64,000 bases of DNA from Candidatus Aceula meridiana (GCA_030765185.1 JAVCDE010000033.1:74957-138956), one strand, 5' to 3'. Shown: positions 9,856-19,280, numbered from the stretch's first letter. The notes: generated by a model from the letters alone, not told the origin. Numbers and translations: made by a program.

Positions 9856-10014
9856 TATTTGTTAGAAGTTTAATGATTTAACGAAAAAGCAATACATTTT
9901 TGAGAACCTTCCTTTTAGAGGGTTCCCTTCGTTCGACTACAATCTCGCTTTAAAATTTGATAAATTAAAAACAGATAACGATGCTCACAGGAGCCGTCAA
10001 AGACAACAAAAAGC

Positions 10015-10182
10015 TTAGCGCTTTTTGCTCTTACTTTTACTCTTTTTGCGTCGTTTAATCTCTGAAGGTTTCGCGTAGTAGCGTTTTTCTTTAATCTGCA
10101 TCAAAAAGCCTTCACGCTGACATTGCTTTTTGAAAACTCTAATAGCTTTCTCAAAGCTATCGGTTACTCTTACTTCGGCCAT
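10015..10182 (-). CDS. rpsU: 30S ribosomal protein bS21
   Basis: Manual translation MAEVRVTDSFEKAIRVFKKQCQREGFLMQIKEKRYYAKPSEIKRRKKSKSKSKKR (55 aa), RBS GAGGTG. Below ORF-track cutoff. Confidence 0.93.
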   Translation of the reverse strand: MAEVRVTDSFEKAIRVFKKQCQREGFLMQIKEKRYYAKPSEIKRRKKSKSKSKKR

Positions 10183-10250
10183 AAAAAAAATCACCTCTTC
10201 CCTTTTTGGCGTTACTCACTCAAAAACTAACATTAATGAAAGATTTACTA

Positions 10251-10320
10251 TGAACTATCAGGCAACATTTAGACTACCTTTCCCGATGGTTCATCCCGAA
10301 GCCTAAAAGGCCCAGGATCT
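10251..10320 (-). promoter_or_regulatory. Structured 5' leader of rpsU (two hairpins)
   Basis: Minus strand TCCTGGGCCT-TTT-AGGCTTCGGGA, then TGAACCATCGGG...CCTGATAGTTCA. TTTACA-16 nt-TATAAT lies just upstream. Confidence 0.4.
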
Positions 10321-10383
10321 ATTTTCGAAACCTCATTATATTATAGTTTATTAAAATGTAAAGAAGAAAGAAAGGAGAAAATC

Positions 10384-11589
10384 TTACACAGGATCATGAT
10401 GGTCGTATTCTTGGCCGGCGAAGTTTTTAATAGTGTAGCAGCCCTTTTCTTGCCGGATAATGCCGTTTGGCTCAATAGGCACCTTGCCTCCGCCTCCAGG
10501 CAGGTCTACCACATATTTAGGAACCGCATAGCCGGTCGTATGGCCACGTAGCTTATCAATAATGTTAATTCCTACAGAAAGAGGCGTGCGAAAATGGCTT
10601 GAGCCTGCAATCGGGTCACACTGATAAATATAATAAGGGCGTACACGGATTTTTAAAAGCTCTTGCATAAGCTTCTTCATTATATAAGGCTTGTCATTGA
10701 TTCCCTTTAGAAGAACAGTCTGGCTGCCTAAAGGAATGCCATTATCAGCTAAAAGCTCACAGGCAAATTTTACACGCTTAGTAATTTCTTTAGGGTGATT
10801 GAAATGAATGCTCATCCAAATAGGCCCGTATTTCTTAAGCATAGCCACAAACTCTGCCGTAATGCGTTGCGGCAAAGTAACCGGCATGCGTGTACCAATA
10901 CGGATAAATTCTACGTGAGGGATAGCCCTGATATTCTTGATAATTTCCTCTAAAATATGATCACTAAGTATTAAAGGGTCGCCGCCGGAGATAAGAACAT
11001 CGCGTATTTTTTTGTTAGAACGGATATATTCATAAGCAGCCTCATAGCTAGATGCCTTTAGCTTGCGCTTACCCTTAGCAACCATACGTGAACGCGTGCA
11101 ATGCCGACAATACATCGCGCACATCTCACTAACTAAAAACAAAACTCTATCAGGATAGCGATGTACCAATCCGTAAACAGGCGAATGGCTGTCCTCACCA
11201 CAAGGGTCTTCTAGCTCGTGGTCTGAACGGATAAGTTCCTGGCGCAAAGGAATACACTGCCGACGGATAGGACAATTAGGGTCATTAGGGTCTATCAACG
11301 AAGAAAAATACGGAGGAATAGACATTGTTAATTTCTGGCCGGACTTGTCAATTCCTGCAATTTCATCCTCGGTAAGATTAACAATCTGAGAAAGAGTCTC
11401 TTTATCTTTAATGCTATTACGAAGTTGCCAGGCCCAGTCTTCCCAGTCAAAAGGCGTTGCGTTCTCAAAAGAATTAATAACTCTATTTTCTTTCGAAGAA
11501 AGATTAACGCGTAGCGATGCGTTCTTTTCTGATGAAATATTTTCTTGCTCTTGGCTGGTCTGATTAGTAATTTCTTCGATAGGTTTCAT
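10384..11589 (-). CDS. kamA: KamA family radical SAM protein (lysine 2,3-aminomutase-like)
   Basis: DWAWQLRN, HRYPDR, CAMYCRHC, SGGDP, YQCD, VDLPGGGGK (PLP lysine). Confidence 0.9.
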   Translation of the reverse strand: MKPIEEITNQTSQEQENISSEKNASLRVNLSSKENRVINSFENATPFDWEDWAWQLRNSIKDKETLSQIVNLTEDEIAGIDKSGQKLTMSIPPYFSSLIDPNDPNCPIRRQCIPLRQELIRSDHELEDPCGEDSHSPVYGLVHRYPDRVLFLVSEMCAMYCRHCTRSRMVAKGKRKLKASSYEAAYEYIRSNKKIRDVLISGGDPLILSDHILEEIIKNIRAIPHVEFIRIGTRMPVTLPQRITAEFVAMLKKYGPIWMSIHFNHPKEITKRVKFACELLADNGIPLGSQTVLLKGINDKPYIMKKLMQELLKIRVRPYYIYQCDPIAGSSHFRTPLSVGINIIDKLRGHTTGYAVPKYVVDLPGGGGKVPIEPNGIIRQEKGCYTIKNFAGQEYDHHDPV

Positions 11590-11592
11590 TTT

Positions 11593-12603
11593 TTAGACTC
11601 CTGCCTCCTGCCTGTCCATGTTTACCCGTCTAAGGCCTTCATTTAAAACACGCAAAACAAGTTTTTCAAAAGGAATCCCTAAAGCATTTGCCGTGCGCCC
11701 GAAAGCATCTTTCTTGGCAAGACATGGCAAAGGGTTAATCTCCAAAACAAAGGGATTTCCTTTTTCATCCACACGAAAATCAACACGCCCAAGGTCGCGG
11801 CAACCAACGGACTTATAAACTTTAACCGCTAATCCTTGTAATTTTTTAGCAAAGTTATTAGGAATTTCTGCTGGACAAATGTATTTAACGCTTTCTGCCG
11901 CAACACGGTCAAATGTATAAAAATCATCTAATAGCTCAAGCTTATCATTAATCTTATACTGGACAACTGGCATAGCTTCCGGAGTCTCATTTCCTAAGAC
12001 CACAACCGTAAACTCAGTTCCCTTGATAAACTGCTCAACCAAAGATGGCTGGTGATAACACTCTGAAATTAAATCCACCTGGCGCCTTAGTCCTTCATAA
12101 TCTTCAACACGTGAAAGAAGACTTATCCCCTTCGACGTTCCTTCGGAACAAGGTTTTACAAACAGCGGAAACCCAATTGTGTTTAGCTCTTTAAGGTCAT
12201 CACCTTCGGATGCAATAAAGAATTTAGCCGTTGGAATTTCGTCTGCAACAAAAATTTTTTTGGCAACAGATTTATCTAGTGTTGCCCCCAAAGTCAACGC
12301 GTCAGAGCCTGTATAAGGAATGCCATGCATTTCAAGCAATATCGGCACCTGAGACTCACGGTTGCGGCCTGATAGCCCTTCAGCAACATTAAAAACAATA
12401 TCAACTCCCAGATTACTAATTTGAGCTAAAAGCTCCCGCGCGCCGCCTATCTTCTTGACTTGATGCCCGCCCGACTCAAGAGCGCTCACGATTTCGTCAA
12501 TAGTCGCAGCAGGATCAAATTCCGCGTTCGCGTCCAGCGTCTGCCCAGGCTGAATCGGCCAAGCTTCTTTTGAATCATATGTTAAACCAATTATTTTTCC
12601 CAT
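11593..12603 (-). CDS. D-Ala-D-Ala ligase-like ATP-grasp protein (non-canonical)
   Basis: FNVAEG, IPYTGS, LDK, FVKP..EGTSKGI, EQFI.G.E, RVDFR, LEINPLP. Lacks the LHG and YEAKY motifs of Ddl. Confidence 0.85.
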   Translation of the reverse strand: MGKIIGLTYDSKEAWPIQPGQTLDANAEFDPAATIDEIVSALESGGHQVKKIGGARELLAQISNLGVDIVFNVAEGLSGRNRESQVPILLEMHGIPYTGSDALTLGATLDKSVAKKIFVADEIPTAKFFIASEGDDLKELNTIGFPLFVKPCSEGTSKGISLLSRVEDYEGLRRQVDLISECYHQPSLVEQFIKGTEFTVVVLGNETPEAMPVVQYKINDKLELLDDFYTFDRVAAESVKYICPAEIPNNFAKKLQGLAVKVYKSVGCRDLGRVDFRVDEKGNPFVLEINPLPCLAKKDAFGRTANALGIPFEKLVLRVLNEGLRRVNMDRQEAGV

Positions 12604-12607
12604 GGAC

Positions 12608-12643
12608 AAAAAATAAAGACCATCCCTTTAAAAAGATAGTCTT
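12608..12643 (-). terminator. Intrinsic terminator-like hairpin directly before the ATP-grasp start codon
   Basis: Minus strand AAGACTATC-10 nt-GATGGTCTT followed by TATTTTTT. Confidence 0.55.
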
Positions 12644-12679
12644 CTCCTGTTCTTATTTTTTTTCTTATAGATAAGATTG

Positions 12680-12739
12680 TCAATAAAATTCTCCCGACAT
12701 CACCCGCCACATTTCATAAATCCAATTCATTCCACACAT
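12680..12739 (-). CDS. Putative 19-aa leader/precursor peptide MCGMNWIYEMWRVMSGEFY
   Basis: GAGGAG RBS 5 nt before ATG, TGA stop, TTGACA promoter element near 12794-12799. Confidence 0.55.
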   Translation of the reverse strand: MCGMNWIYEMWRVMSGEFY

Positions 12740-12825
12740 GCGGTCTCCTCAAAAATTTCTTTATTCAATTTTTTTAACATACCCATGAAGCGTTGTCAAT
12801 ATTTTTGAAAAATATCGCTAACCCC

Positions 12826-14103
12826 TTACAAAAGCGCATTCGGGTAAAGAATAGAAAAAACAACCATCAAGATTGTCAATATAATGATAAGAGCCACCGT
12901 CAACCATGTGACGACATTAACAAACTTGTTATTAACAAATTCTCCCATCAAATTCTTATCATTAATCAAAAGAAGCATAAAAATCAAAATAACGGGAAGC
13001 AAGATGCCGTTTCCAACCTGAGAAAAATACATAATTTTAAGAAGCGGGAAGTTCGGCAAAAGGACAACACCGGCACCGATAACAATCAGCGCGGTATAAA
13101 GGCCAAAAAACTGCGGAGCTTCTTCAAAACGTTTATCTACCCCGGTATCCCATCCCATGCCCTCGCAAATACAATATGCCGTCGACAAAGGTAAAACAGA
13201 TGCCGCAAAAATAGAAGCATTAAAAAGTCCAAACGCAAAAAGCCACTTAGCGTTCTTTCCTGCCAAAGGCTCAAGGGCAATGGCCGCATCTTTCGCGGTC
13301 TCAATAGTAATGCCAGCCTTAAAAAGTGTAGCCGCGCATGCCACCACAATAAAAAATGCAACCACAGGAGCGATAATGCTTCCTCCAATTACGTCCAGGC
13401 GTACATGCTTATATTCTTCAACGCTAATTCCTTTATCAACAATAGATGACTGCAAATAAAACTGCATCCAAGGAGCAATAGTTGTTCCGATAATGCCGAT
13501 CAGCATCACAGAATATTTAAAATCAAAATCAATCTGCGGAGTCACGGTTTGACGAAAAACTTCAGTCCACTCAGGCTTCGCGATAAACCCGGAAAAAACA
13601 TATGTAACATAAAAAAGGCACGCCGTTAAAAATATCTTCTCTACAGACTTATACGTGCCTTTAACCACAAGCATCCAGACAAACAGCGCCGAAAGCGGAA
13701 CAGAAATGAGCTTATTAATATGAAAAATCTCAAGACTCGCAGCCACCCCTGCAAATTCTGCCATTACGTTCAAAAGATTCACAAACAACAGCGCCACCAT
13801 AAGATAAAATGTAAGCTTAACGCCAAAATTCTCGCGGATAAGATCTGCCAACCCTTTGCCCGTTGCCACAGCCATACGCGCGCACATCTCTTGGATAATA
13901 ACCAAGGCAAGCGTAATCGGGACAAGCGACCATAATAAAGTGTAACCAAAATGTGCACCAGCCAATGAATACGTAGCAATGCCTCCGGCATCATTGTCAA
14001 CATTCGCCGTAATAATGCCAGGGCCCATAATCGCCAAGAATAAAAATAGACTTGCGACAAATCGATTTTCTTTGATTTTTTCTTTTATCTTTGTCCAAGT
14101 CAT
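12826..14103 (-). CDS. Nramp-related divalent cation transporter (NRMT/Mg2+ type)
   Basis: GPGII..NDAGGIATY (instead of DPGN), QEMCAR, GTTIAPW, about 11 TMs. Confidence 0.88.
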   Translation of the reverse strand: MTWTKIKEKIKENRFVASLFLFLAIMGPGIITANVDNDAGGIATYSLAGAHFGYTLLWSLVPITLALVIIQEMCARMAVATGKGLADLIRENFGVKLTFYLMVALLFVNLLNVMAEFAGVAASLEIFHINKLISVPLSALFVWMLVVKGTYKSVEKIFLTACLFYVTYVFSGFIAKPEWTEVFRQTVTPQIDFDFKYSVMLIGIIGTTIAPWMQFYLQSSIVDKGISVEEYKHVRLDVIGGSIIAPVVAFFIVVACAATLFKAGITIETAKDAAIALEPLAGKNAKWLFAFGLFNASIFAASVLPLSTAYCICEGMGWDTGVDKRFEEAPQFFGLYTALIVIGAGVVLLPNFPLLKIMYFSQVGNGILLPVILIFMLLLINDKNLMGEFVNNKFVNVVTWLTVALIIILTILMVVFSILYPNALL

Positions 14104-15389
14104 TACAACTTCTCCTTATATTTACCCCAAGCAATGGTAATAAGTTCCTCTAAAACGTCGTCGATGGTGATGACACCTTTTAAGACATCATTTTCATCTA
14201 GAACAGGAATAGCTGAAAAACGGTACTTCTCAAGCAAAAGGGCAATCTCTTCCATGCCGTCATCAGTGCGGACAAAAATCTTTTTAGGATAGCAGGTCTC
14301 TTCAATCGGTGTATAGCTTGGCGCAGTGATAAATCTTCTTAAAGATGTCGAGCCTATTAAGCGCCGCTGATCATCGATAACATAAATATGATAAATATTT
14401 GCAGAAGATTGTGCGTTTTCTTCGACGAGCTTCATAGCGTCCTTAGCTGTCGCATTTTGAGGTAAATAAAGATATTCTGTTGTCATCAAGCCACCGGCAG
14501 AATCTCTTTCAAACCCAAGAAGTTCGCGCAACTTCTTTGATTTCTTTGTGCTGATGGTGCGCATCAATTCGATAGTTTTTTCTTTGGGAAGGGTGAGCAG
14601 AAGGTCAACCGCATCATCAGACGGAATATTCTCTAAAAGTTCGCCCGCCTCTTTTTCAGCCATTTGATCAACAATTTCCTCCTGTTCAGATGTCGACAAG
14701 TCAGAAAAAACTTTTCGCTGCAAAGGGGTCTCTAGGGATTTAAAAAGCGAGTATTTCTCAAAAATATCCAAGTCCTCCATGATCTCGGCCAGTTCTGCCG
14801 GAGGAATTTGAGAAAGCTTTTCACGACCGATATTAAGACGTAAAACGTTTTTGGTGCGGCCTAGGGTTAGGACCTGCGTGTTTTTCCAAGGGATAAAATC
14901 TTCGTGTGTTAAATATACTGCACGGTCAGAAAAGAAGCGGACGATGCCATCAACTACCATTGACCAGCCCAAGCGACGAACCAAACCTCTCAAGCCAACA
15001 TCCACATGAGCTAAATAAAGACAATTATCAACTTTTAAGAAATTAATGTCATTAACGCGGACAACTTTTTGATCGTCGATGTCAACGACCTGCTGGTCTA
15101 AAACGTCGGCGCAGAGCGTAAGCTCATATTGCGGTCTGTCTTTTTGAAAAATAACTTTATGATGTGGGAGCTTAGCTTTAAAAGTACCGTTAAATTCTTC
15201 AATTGCGTCCCAAGAAATTTCTGCAAATTTTTTCTTTAAAAAACCTTTTTTTACAACTAAAAAGCAAGACTTCGGGTAAACATCGCTACCAACCTTCATC
15301 CCGATATCACACAGTCTTCCCACATAGCCACCGTTTTCATCGGTCACCTTTTTTCCAAGAATTTCTGAAAAAAAGATAAATAGGTCCAT
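14103..15389 (-). CDS. PRC-barrel / MgtE-N / CBS domain protein (soluble partner of the Nramp-like transporter)
   Basis: DQQVVDIDDQKVVRVND, SAGGLMTTEY, CBS pair ending GVITIDD, no TM domain. Confidence 0.85.
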   Translation of the reverse strand: MDLFIFFSEILGKKVTDENGGYVGRLCDIGMKVGSDVYPKSCFLVVKKGFLKKKFAEISWDAIEEFNGTFKAKLPHHKVIFQKDRPQYELTLCADVLDQQVVDIDDQKVVRVNDINFLKVDNCLYLAHVDVGLRGLVRRLGWSMVVDGIVRFFSDRAVYLTHEDFIPWKNTQVLTLGRTKNVLRLNIGREKLSQIPPAELAEIMEDLDIFEKYSLFKSLETPLQRKVFSDLSTSEQEEIVDQMAEKEAGELLENIPSDDAVDLLLTLPKEKTIELMRTISTKKSKKLRELLGFERDSAGGLMTTEYLYLPQNATAKDAMKLVEENAQSSANIYHIYVIDDQRRLIGSTSLRRFITAPSYTPIEETCYPKKIFVRTDDGMEEIALLLEKYRFSAIPVLDENDVLKGVITIDDVLEELITIAWGKYKEKL

Positions 15390-15408
15390 AATTATTTAAG
15401 CTAAGCTT

Positions 15409-16077
15409 TCATCTTGTTGTTGTTACATTTTTCTTTGGGCACATCTTTTCAATAGCGCATTGCGAACACCTTGGGGACAAAGGACGACAAATATTCTGCC
15501 CCCACATCACAAGTAACGCATTATACTCTACCCAGAACTCTTTAGGCAATTTTTTTCTTAACGCCCACTCTGTTTCCTCCGGCGTCTTGGTTTTAACATA
15601 TCCTAAGCGGTTCGAAATACGATGCACATGCGTATCAACGCAAATTCCAGGTTTGCCAAAACCTTCAATCAAAACAAGATTCGCGGTCTTTCGCCCAACG
15701 CCTCTAAAGGTTAAAAGCGTATCGATCTCATCAGGAACTTTTCCGTTAAAATTCTTCAAAAGGCTTTTGCAGATACCTTTGATGTTGCGCGCTTTGGTCT
15801 TATAAAATCCAACCGGATAAATAGCTTTTTCAATCTGTCTAACCGTTAGCTTATCAATTGTTTTAGGCGTGTCCCCTAATCGAAATAGCCTCTCCGACGC
15901 TGGAATCGTTGTTTCGTCCTTAGTCCTCAAGCTCAACAAACACGAAACCAGAACTAAAAATGGGCTATGCCATCTTTTGCCAACCATTGTAACTGATGGA
16001 TCGCTAAAACTTTTAACCGCTATGCGCAAGTTTTTAACGATTCCTTTAATCCATTTTTCTTCTGCGGCCTGCACCAT
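15409..16077 (-). CDS. nth: Endonuclease III
   Basis: HhH GVGRKTAN, VDTHVHR, C-x6-C-x2-C-x5-C Fe-S motif. ATG 16077 preferred. Confidence 0.93.
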   Translation of the reverse strand: MVQAAEEKWIKGIVKNLRIAVKSFSDPSVTMVGKRWHSPFLVLVSCLLSLRTKDETTIPASERLFRLGDTPKTIDKLTVRQIEKAIYPVGFYKTKARNIKGICKSLLKNFNGKVPDEIDTLLTFRGVGRKTANLVLIEGFGKPGICVDTHVHRISNRLGYVKTKTPEETEWALRKKLPKEFWVEYNALLVMWGQNICRPLSPRCSQCAIEKMCPKKNVTTTR

Positions 16078-16078
16078 G

Positions 16079-16744
16079 CTAAACCTTTTTCCAAAGAGCT
16101 TTAGGGATGCCAATGTCTGCGACAACAACCCTGCCGGAAAACTTTGTCCCCTGATTCTTTGAAAATCCTTTTTTCAGTACTGCAAATGTTATTGTTTGCG
16201 TAGCTTTAACGCATACGCCGAAGATTTTTCCTGTTGTAGAATCAAGACCTGATGGGACATCTACAGCAACAACCTTCTTCTTAGCTTTATTAATCGACTC
16301 AATAATTCCTTTGTAAGGCTCACCAATATCCCGGTTAAGACCAATTCCAAAAATCGCGTCTACAATCAGCTCGGATTTCTTAATATTTCTTAAAACCTCG
16401 AAATTTACACCCTTGATGCTTTTTATCGGGCACTTTAATTTCTTTAAAATTTTATAATTTAAAAGCGGGTCGTTTTTTAATTTCGCTATGCTGCCAATTA
16501 GAAAAACTTTGACCTTAAGTCCTTCATTAAAAAGATGCCGCGCCACAACAAACCCATCACCGCCGTTATTGCCTTGTCCACAAAAAACACAAACGCGCTT
16601 TCCTTCTGCCTTCTTTAAAATTTTGGCGCAAGCCTCAGCAGCCAGCCTCCCTGCATTTTCCATCAAAACAATCGATGGAATTCCAAGGCCGTCAATAACC
16701 AACGTATCAAGCTTTTGTGATTGAGCTGCTGTGAAAAATTTCAT
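16079..16744 (-). CDS. nnrE: NAD(P)H-hydrate epimerase (stand-alone YjeF-N)
   Basis: LMENAG, CGQGNNGGDG, VDAIFGIG, DVPSG, DIGIP. Confidence 0.92.
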   Translation of the reverse strand: MKFFTAAQSQKLDTLVIDGLGIPSIVLMENAGRLAAEACAKILKKAEGKRVCVFCGQGNNGGDGFVVARHLFNEGLKVKVFLIGSIAKLKNDPLLNYKILKKLKCPIKSIKGVNFEVLRNIKKSELIVDAIFGIGLNRDIGEPYKGIIESINKAKKKVVAVDVPSGLDSTTGKIFGVCVKATQTITFAVLKKGFSKNQGTKFSGRVVVADIGIPKALWKKV

Positions 16745-16835
16745 TTCTAATTAGTATATATATAAATATAAAATAGACTACTGGGTTATAGCATATTTTA
16801 AACAGTGAGGCAATTAAGAATAATTTAAGGAAGGC

Positions 16836-17075
16836 TTAGTTGGCAAGCATGCTTAATTGCTCTTCTTCTGGAATCTCAAGCATACTATAAAAATTTGCAA
16901 TCGGGGTAATGTTAATAATAACAGGAATAAATCCCTGGATTTGCGCAGGATCAATACCTTGCAGGCCTTGAGGCATCTCGAACTCAATAGCCTCGCCTTG
17001 AATATCCATGTCTAAATTTGCAGAGTCAAGGTCGATACCACCCTTCAGATCTTGTCCTGAGTCTATAGTAAGCAT
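16836..17075 (-). CDS. Stand-alone 'GGIDL...GFIPVIINITP' module (C-terminal motif recalled from large Omnitrophota proteins); small protein or relic
   Basis: 79-aa acidic ORF KGGIDLDSANLDMDIQGE..QGFIPVIINITP, no clear RBS. Confidence 0.55.
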   Translation of the reverse strand: MLTIDSGQDLKGGIDLDSANLDMDIQGEAIEFEMPQGLQGIDPAQIQGFIPVIINITPIANFYSMLEIPEEEQLSMLAN

Positions 17076-17170
17076 AGAACATCTATAAGAAGAATATAAG
17101 GGGATACGGGTGATTTTGGGAAAGCGTTTTCCTGGGGAAGGAAATAGTAAAACTAAAGAGAGTTTCTCCC

Positions 17171-18094
17171 TTAGCCTACATATCCTAAATCTTGCAAAAT
17201 TGAAGTTTTTTCACGCCACTTCTTTGAGACTTTAACATAAAGATCTACAAAAACTCTTCGCTCTAATAATTCTTCGAGCTCTTTGCGTGCTAAAGTGCCG
17301 ACATCTTTTAAATTCTTACCCTTCTTGCCGATGACAATTTCTTTTTGCGATTCAGACTCAACAAGAATTCTTGCGCTAATATAGGTCAGTTTATTGCGCC
17401 TACGTGCCATCTCTTCAACTTCAACGGCTAAAGAATAAGGAATTTCATCACGTACAATGCTTAATAATTTCTCGCGAATAATGTCCGATACAGCCATTTT
17501 TTGAGGAACATCACAAACTGTATCTGCAGGATAAAGTAACTCACCTTCTGGCAGCCGCTCGAAAACAAGGTCAATCAGCTTATCAAGATTATTTTCTGTC
17601 TCGCCGGAAAGAGGCAAAATAACAAATCTTTTGTCATTGTTAAACTTCTCCCCTAATTTTTCTTGATATGCATTAATATACTCATGCGCACATTTTCCCT
17701 TTAAATCAATCTTGTTTAACCCAAGAATAAGTGGGCACTTTATTTCGCTTAAACGTTCTAGAATCATCTGTTCTTCTTCGCCAAAAGTTTTATTAGCATC
17801 GACTAGATGAATAACGCAGTCAACTTCCTCTACCGTAGAAAAAGAAACCTGTTTCATGCATTGATCCATATGGTCTTTTCCGCGTACTAGCCCCGGCGTA
17901 TCGATAAAAATAATTTGCCCTCTCTCATCGGTATAAACCCCACGGATACGATTACGCGTTGTCTGCGGAATGCTTGAGACAATTGCGATCTTTTCTCCGA
18001 CGAGGCCGTTGACCAGCGTTGATTTGCCAACGTTGGGCCGGCCAACCACGGAGATAAATCCACATCGAGTTTTATTCTCGGTTTCTTTATTCAT
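17171..18094 (-). CDS. era: GTPase Era
   Basis: GRPNVGKST, QTTR, DTPG, NKID, KH domain IVIGKKG. ATG 18094 with RBS. Confidence 0.96.
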   Translation of the reverse strand: MNKETENKTRCGFISVVGRPNVGKSTLVNGLVGEKIAIVSSIPQTTRNRIRGVYTDERGQIIFIDTPGLVRGKDHMDQCMKQVSFSTVEEVDCVIHLVDANKTFGEEEQMILERLSEIKCPLILGLNKIDLKGKCAHEYINAYQEKLGEKFNNDKRFVILPLSGETENNLDKLIDLVFERLPEGELLYPADTVCDVPQKMAVSDIIREKLLSIVRDEIPYSLAVEVEEMARRRNKLTYISARILVESESQKEIVIGKKGKNLKDVGTLARKELEELLERRVFVDLYVKVSKKWREKTSILQDLGYVG

Positions 18095-18377
18095 TTGATC
18101 CTCTCTGATACAAAACAACGAAAAAAACAACAAGGGAAAACATCACCAAATTAACAATGTTAAAAACCTTCCAGACAATATCCTCTGAGACAAACCCAGA
18201 GGGCGCCATTAAAATAAGACAAGCAAAAACACCCAAGGCCCACCATAGACTAATGTCTTTAGACGACTTCCTTTTAATCATTCTTGCAATTAACGGAATA
18301 TTCCAAAGCGGCAATATCACTGCCGCAAACAAACCTATCTTTGAGAAAAGTTCTTTAAACATATTATCAGCACACAA
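18087..18377 (-). CDS. PQ-loop/SemiSWEET-like small membrane protein
   Basis: Three TM helices, RKSSKDIS motif. Confidence 0.75.
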   Translation of the reverse strand: MCADNMFKELFSKIGLFAAVILPLWNIPLIARMIKRKSSKDISLWWALGVFACLILMAPSGFVSEDIVWKVFNIVNLVMFSLVVFFVVLYQRGSNE

Positions 18378-19278
18378 TCGGATGCATAAATTTTAAAAAT
18401 TCTTTCATGCGTTTGTTTACCATTGGTGCTGTCAGACGAGATGTTTTTTCAACGCCAAAACCTTCAACATTAAATGATGCCAAGACCGATGCGTATAAAA
18501 CAGCTTGTTTTAATGCTTCCTTATTCAAACGCTTTGATTGAGCTAAGCATCCCATAAGCCCACCGGCAAATGTGTCTCCGGCTCCTGTTGGATCTAACAC
18601 TTTCTCGACAGGATAAGCAGGAAAAGAAAACATCAAATCATCACTATAAAACAAAACTCCATGTTCTCCTTTTTTAACCACAATCAGCTTTGGTCCTAAG
18701 CGCCTTAAAGCTTTGGCGGCTTTAATTAAATTATTTTCTTTAGTCAGCATTCGTGCCTCGCCGTCATTGGCGACAAAAAGATCAACTTTCTTAATAAGAG
18801 ACAACAATAACTTTTTTCGGATGTTAATCCATAAATTCATGCTATCGAGGCCGACAAGACGCGGTTTTTTGATTTGATTTAGAACTTTATTCTGAATAAT
18901 CGGATCATCATTAGCTAAAAAAACATTAGAAATTTTCTTTTGCGAATCCGCAATCTTGGGTTCATATCCCTCGAGTACCCCAAGCTGTGTTTTAAGCGTA
19001 AGCGCCTCATTAAAATTTCCATTTTTATATTCGCCGCTCCATTCAAAAGTTTTTCCGTTTGTCCTCTGCAAAGAAGAAAGATTGACTCCCTTATTCTTGA
19101 GAAGCTGCAAATGCTTGGCCAAAAAATCTTTGCCGACAATCCCTGCAAGATGAACGTCTTCAAAAAGTGACGCACTCATACAAAAATGTGAGGCAGAGCC
19201 TCCGAGCATCTTTTTTCGCACTCCGCTCGGTGTTTTAAGATTGTCTAACGCAACTGTCCCTGAAACAAACAAGCTCAT
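18367..19278 (-). CDS. PfkB family carbohydrate kinase
   Basis: LGGSA, KKGEHG, DPTGAGDTFAGG. Confidence 0.92.
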   Translation of the reverse strand: MSLFVSGTVALDNLKTPSGVRKKMLGGSASHFCMSASLFEDVHLAGIVGKDFLAKHLQLLKNKGVNLSSLQRTNGKTFEWSGEYKNGNFNEALTLKTQLGVLEGYEPKIADSQKKISNVFLANDDPIIQNKVLNQIKKPRLVGLDSMNLWINIRKKLLLSLIKKVDLFVANDGEARMLTKENNLIKAAKALRRLGPKLIVVKKGEHGVLFYSDDLMFSFPAYPVEKVLDPTGAGDTFAGGLMGCLAQSKRLNKEALKQAVLYASVLASFNVEGFGVEKTSRLTAPMVNKRMKEFLKFMHPIVC

Positions 19279-19280
19279 AA

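Noticed and set aside
9856-10014. ZTP (pfl) riboswitch upstream of purH
   Set aside because: Only small hairpins are present; no GACTGGCG...GCCTGGG signature is visible
10251-10320. SRP or 6S RNA
   Set aside because: Lacks the CAGG..GGAA..AGCAG SRP core and is too short for 6S
10384-11589. EpmB (EF-P beta-lysylation)
   Set aside because: Length and motifs fit KamA-type enzymes; no efp or epmA nearby
12826-15389. Split MgtE-N/CBS plus Nramp pair as a novel system
   Set aside because: This is a known architecture of Nramp-related Mg2+ transporters
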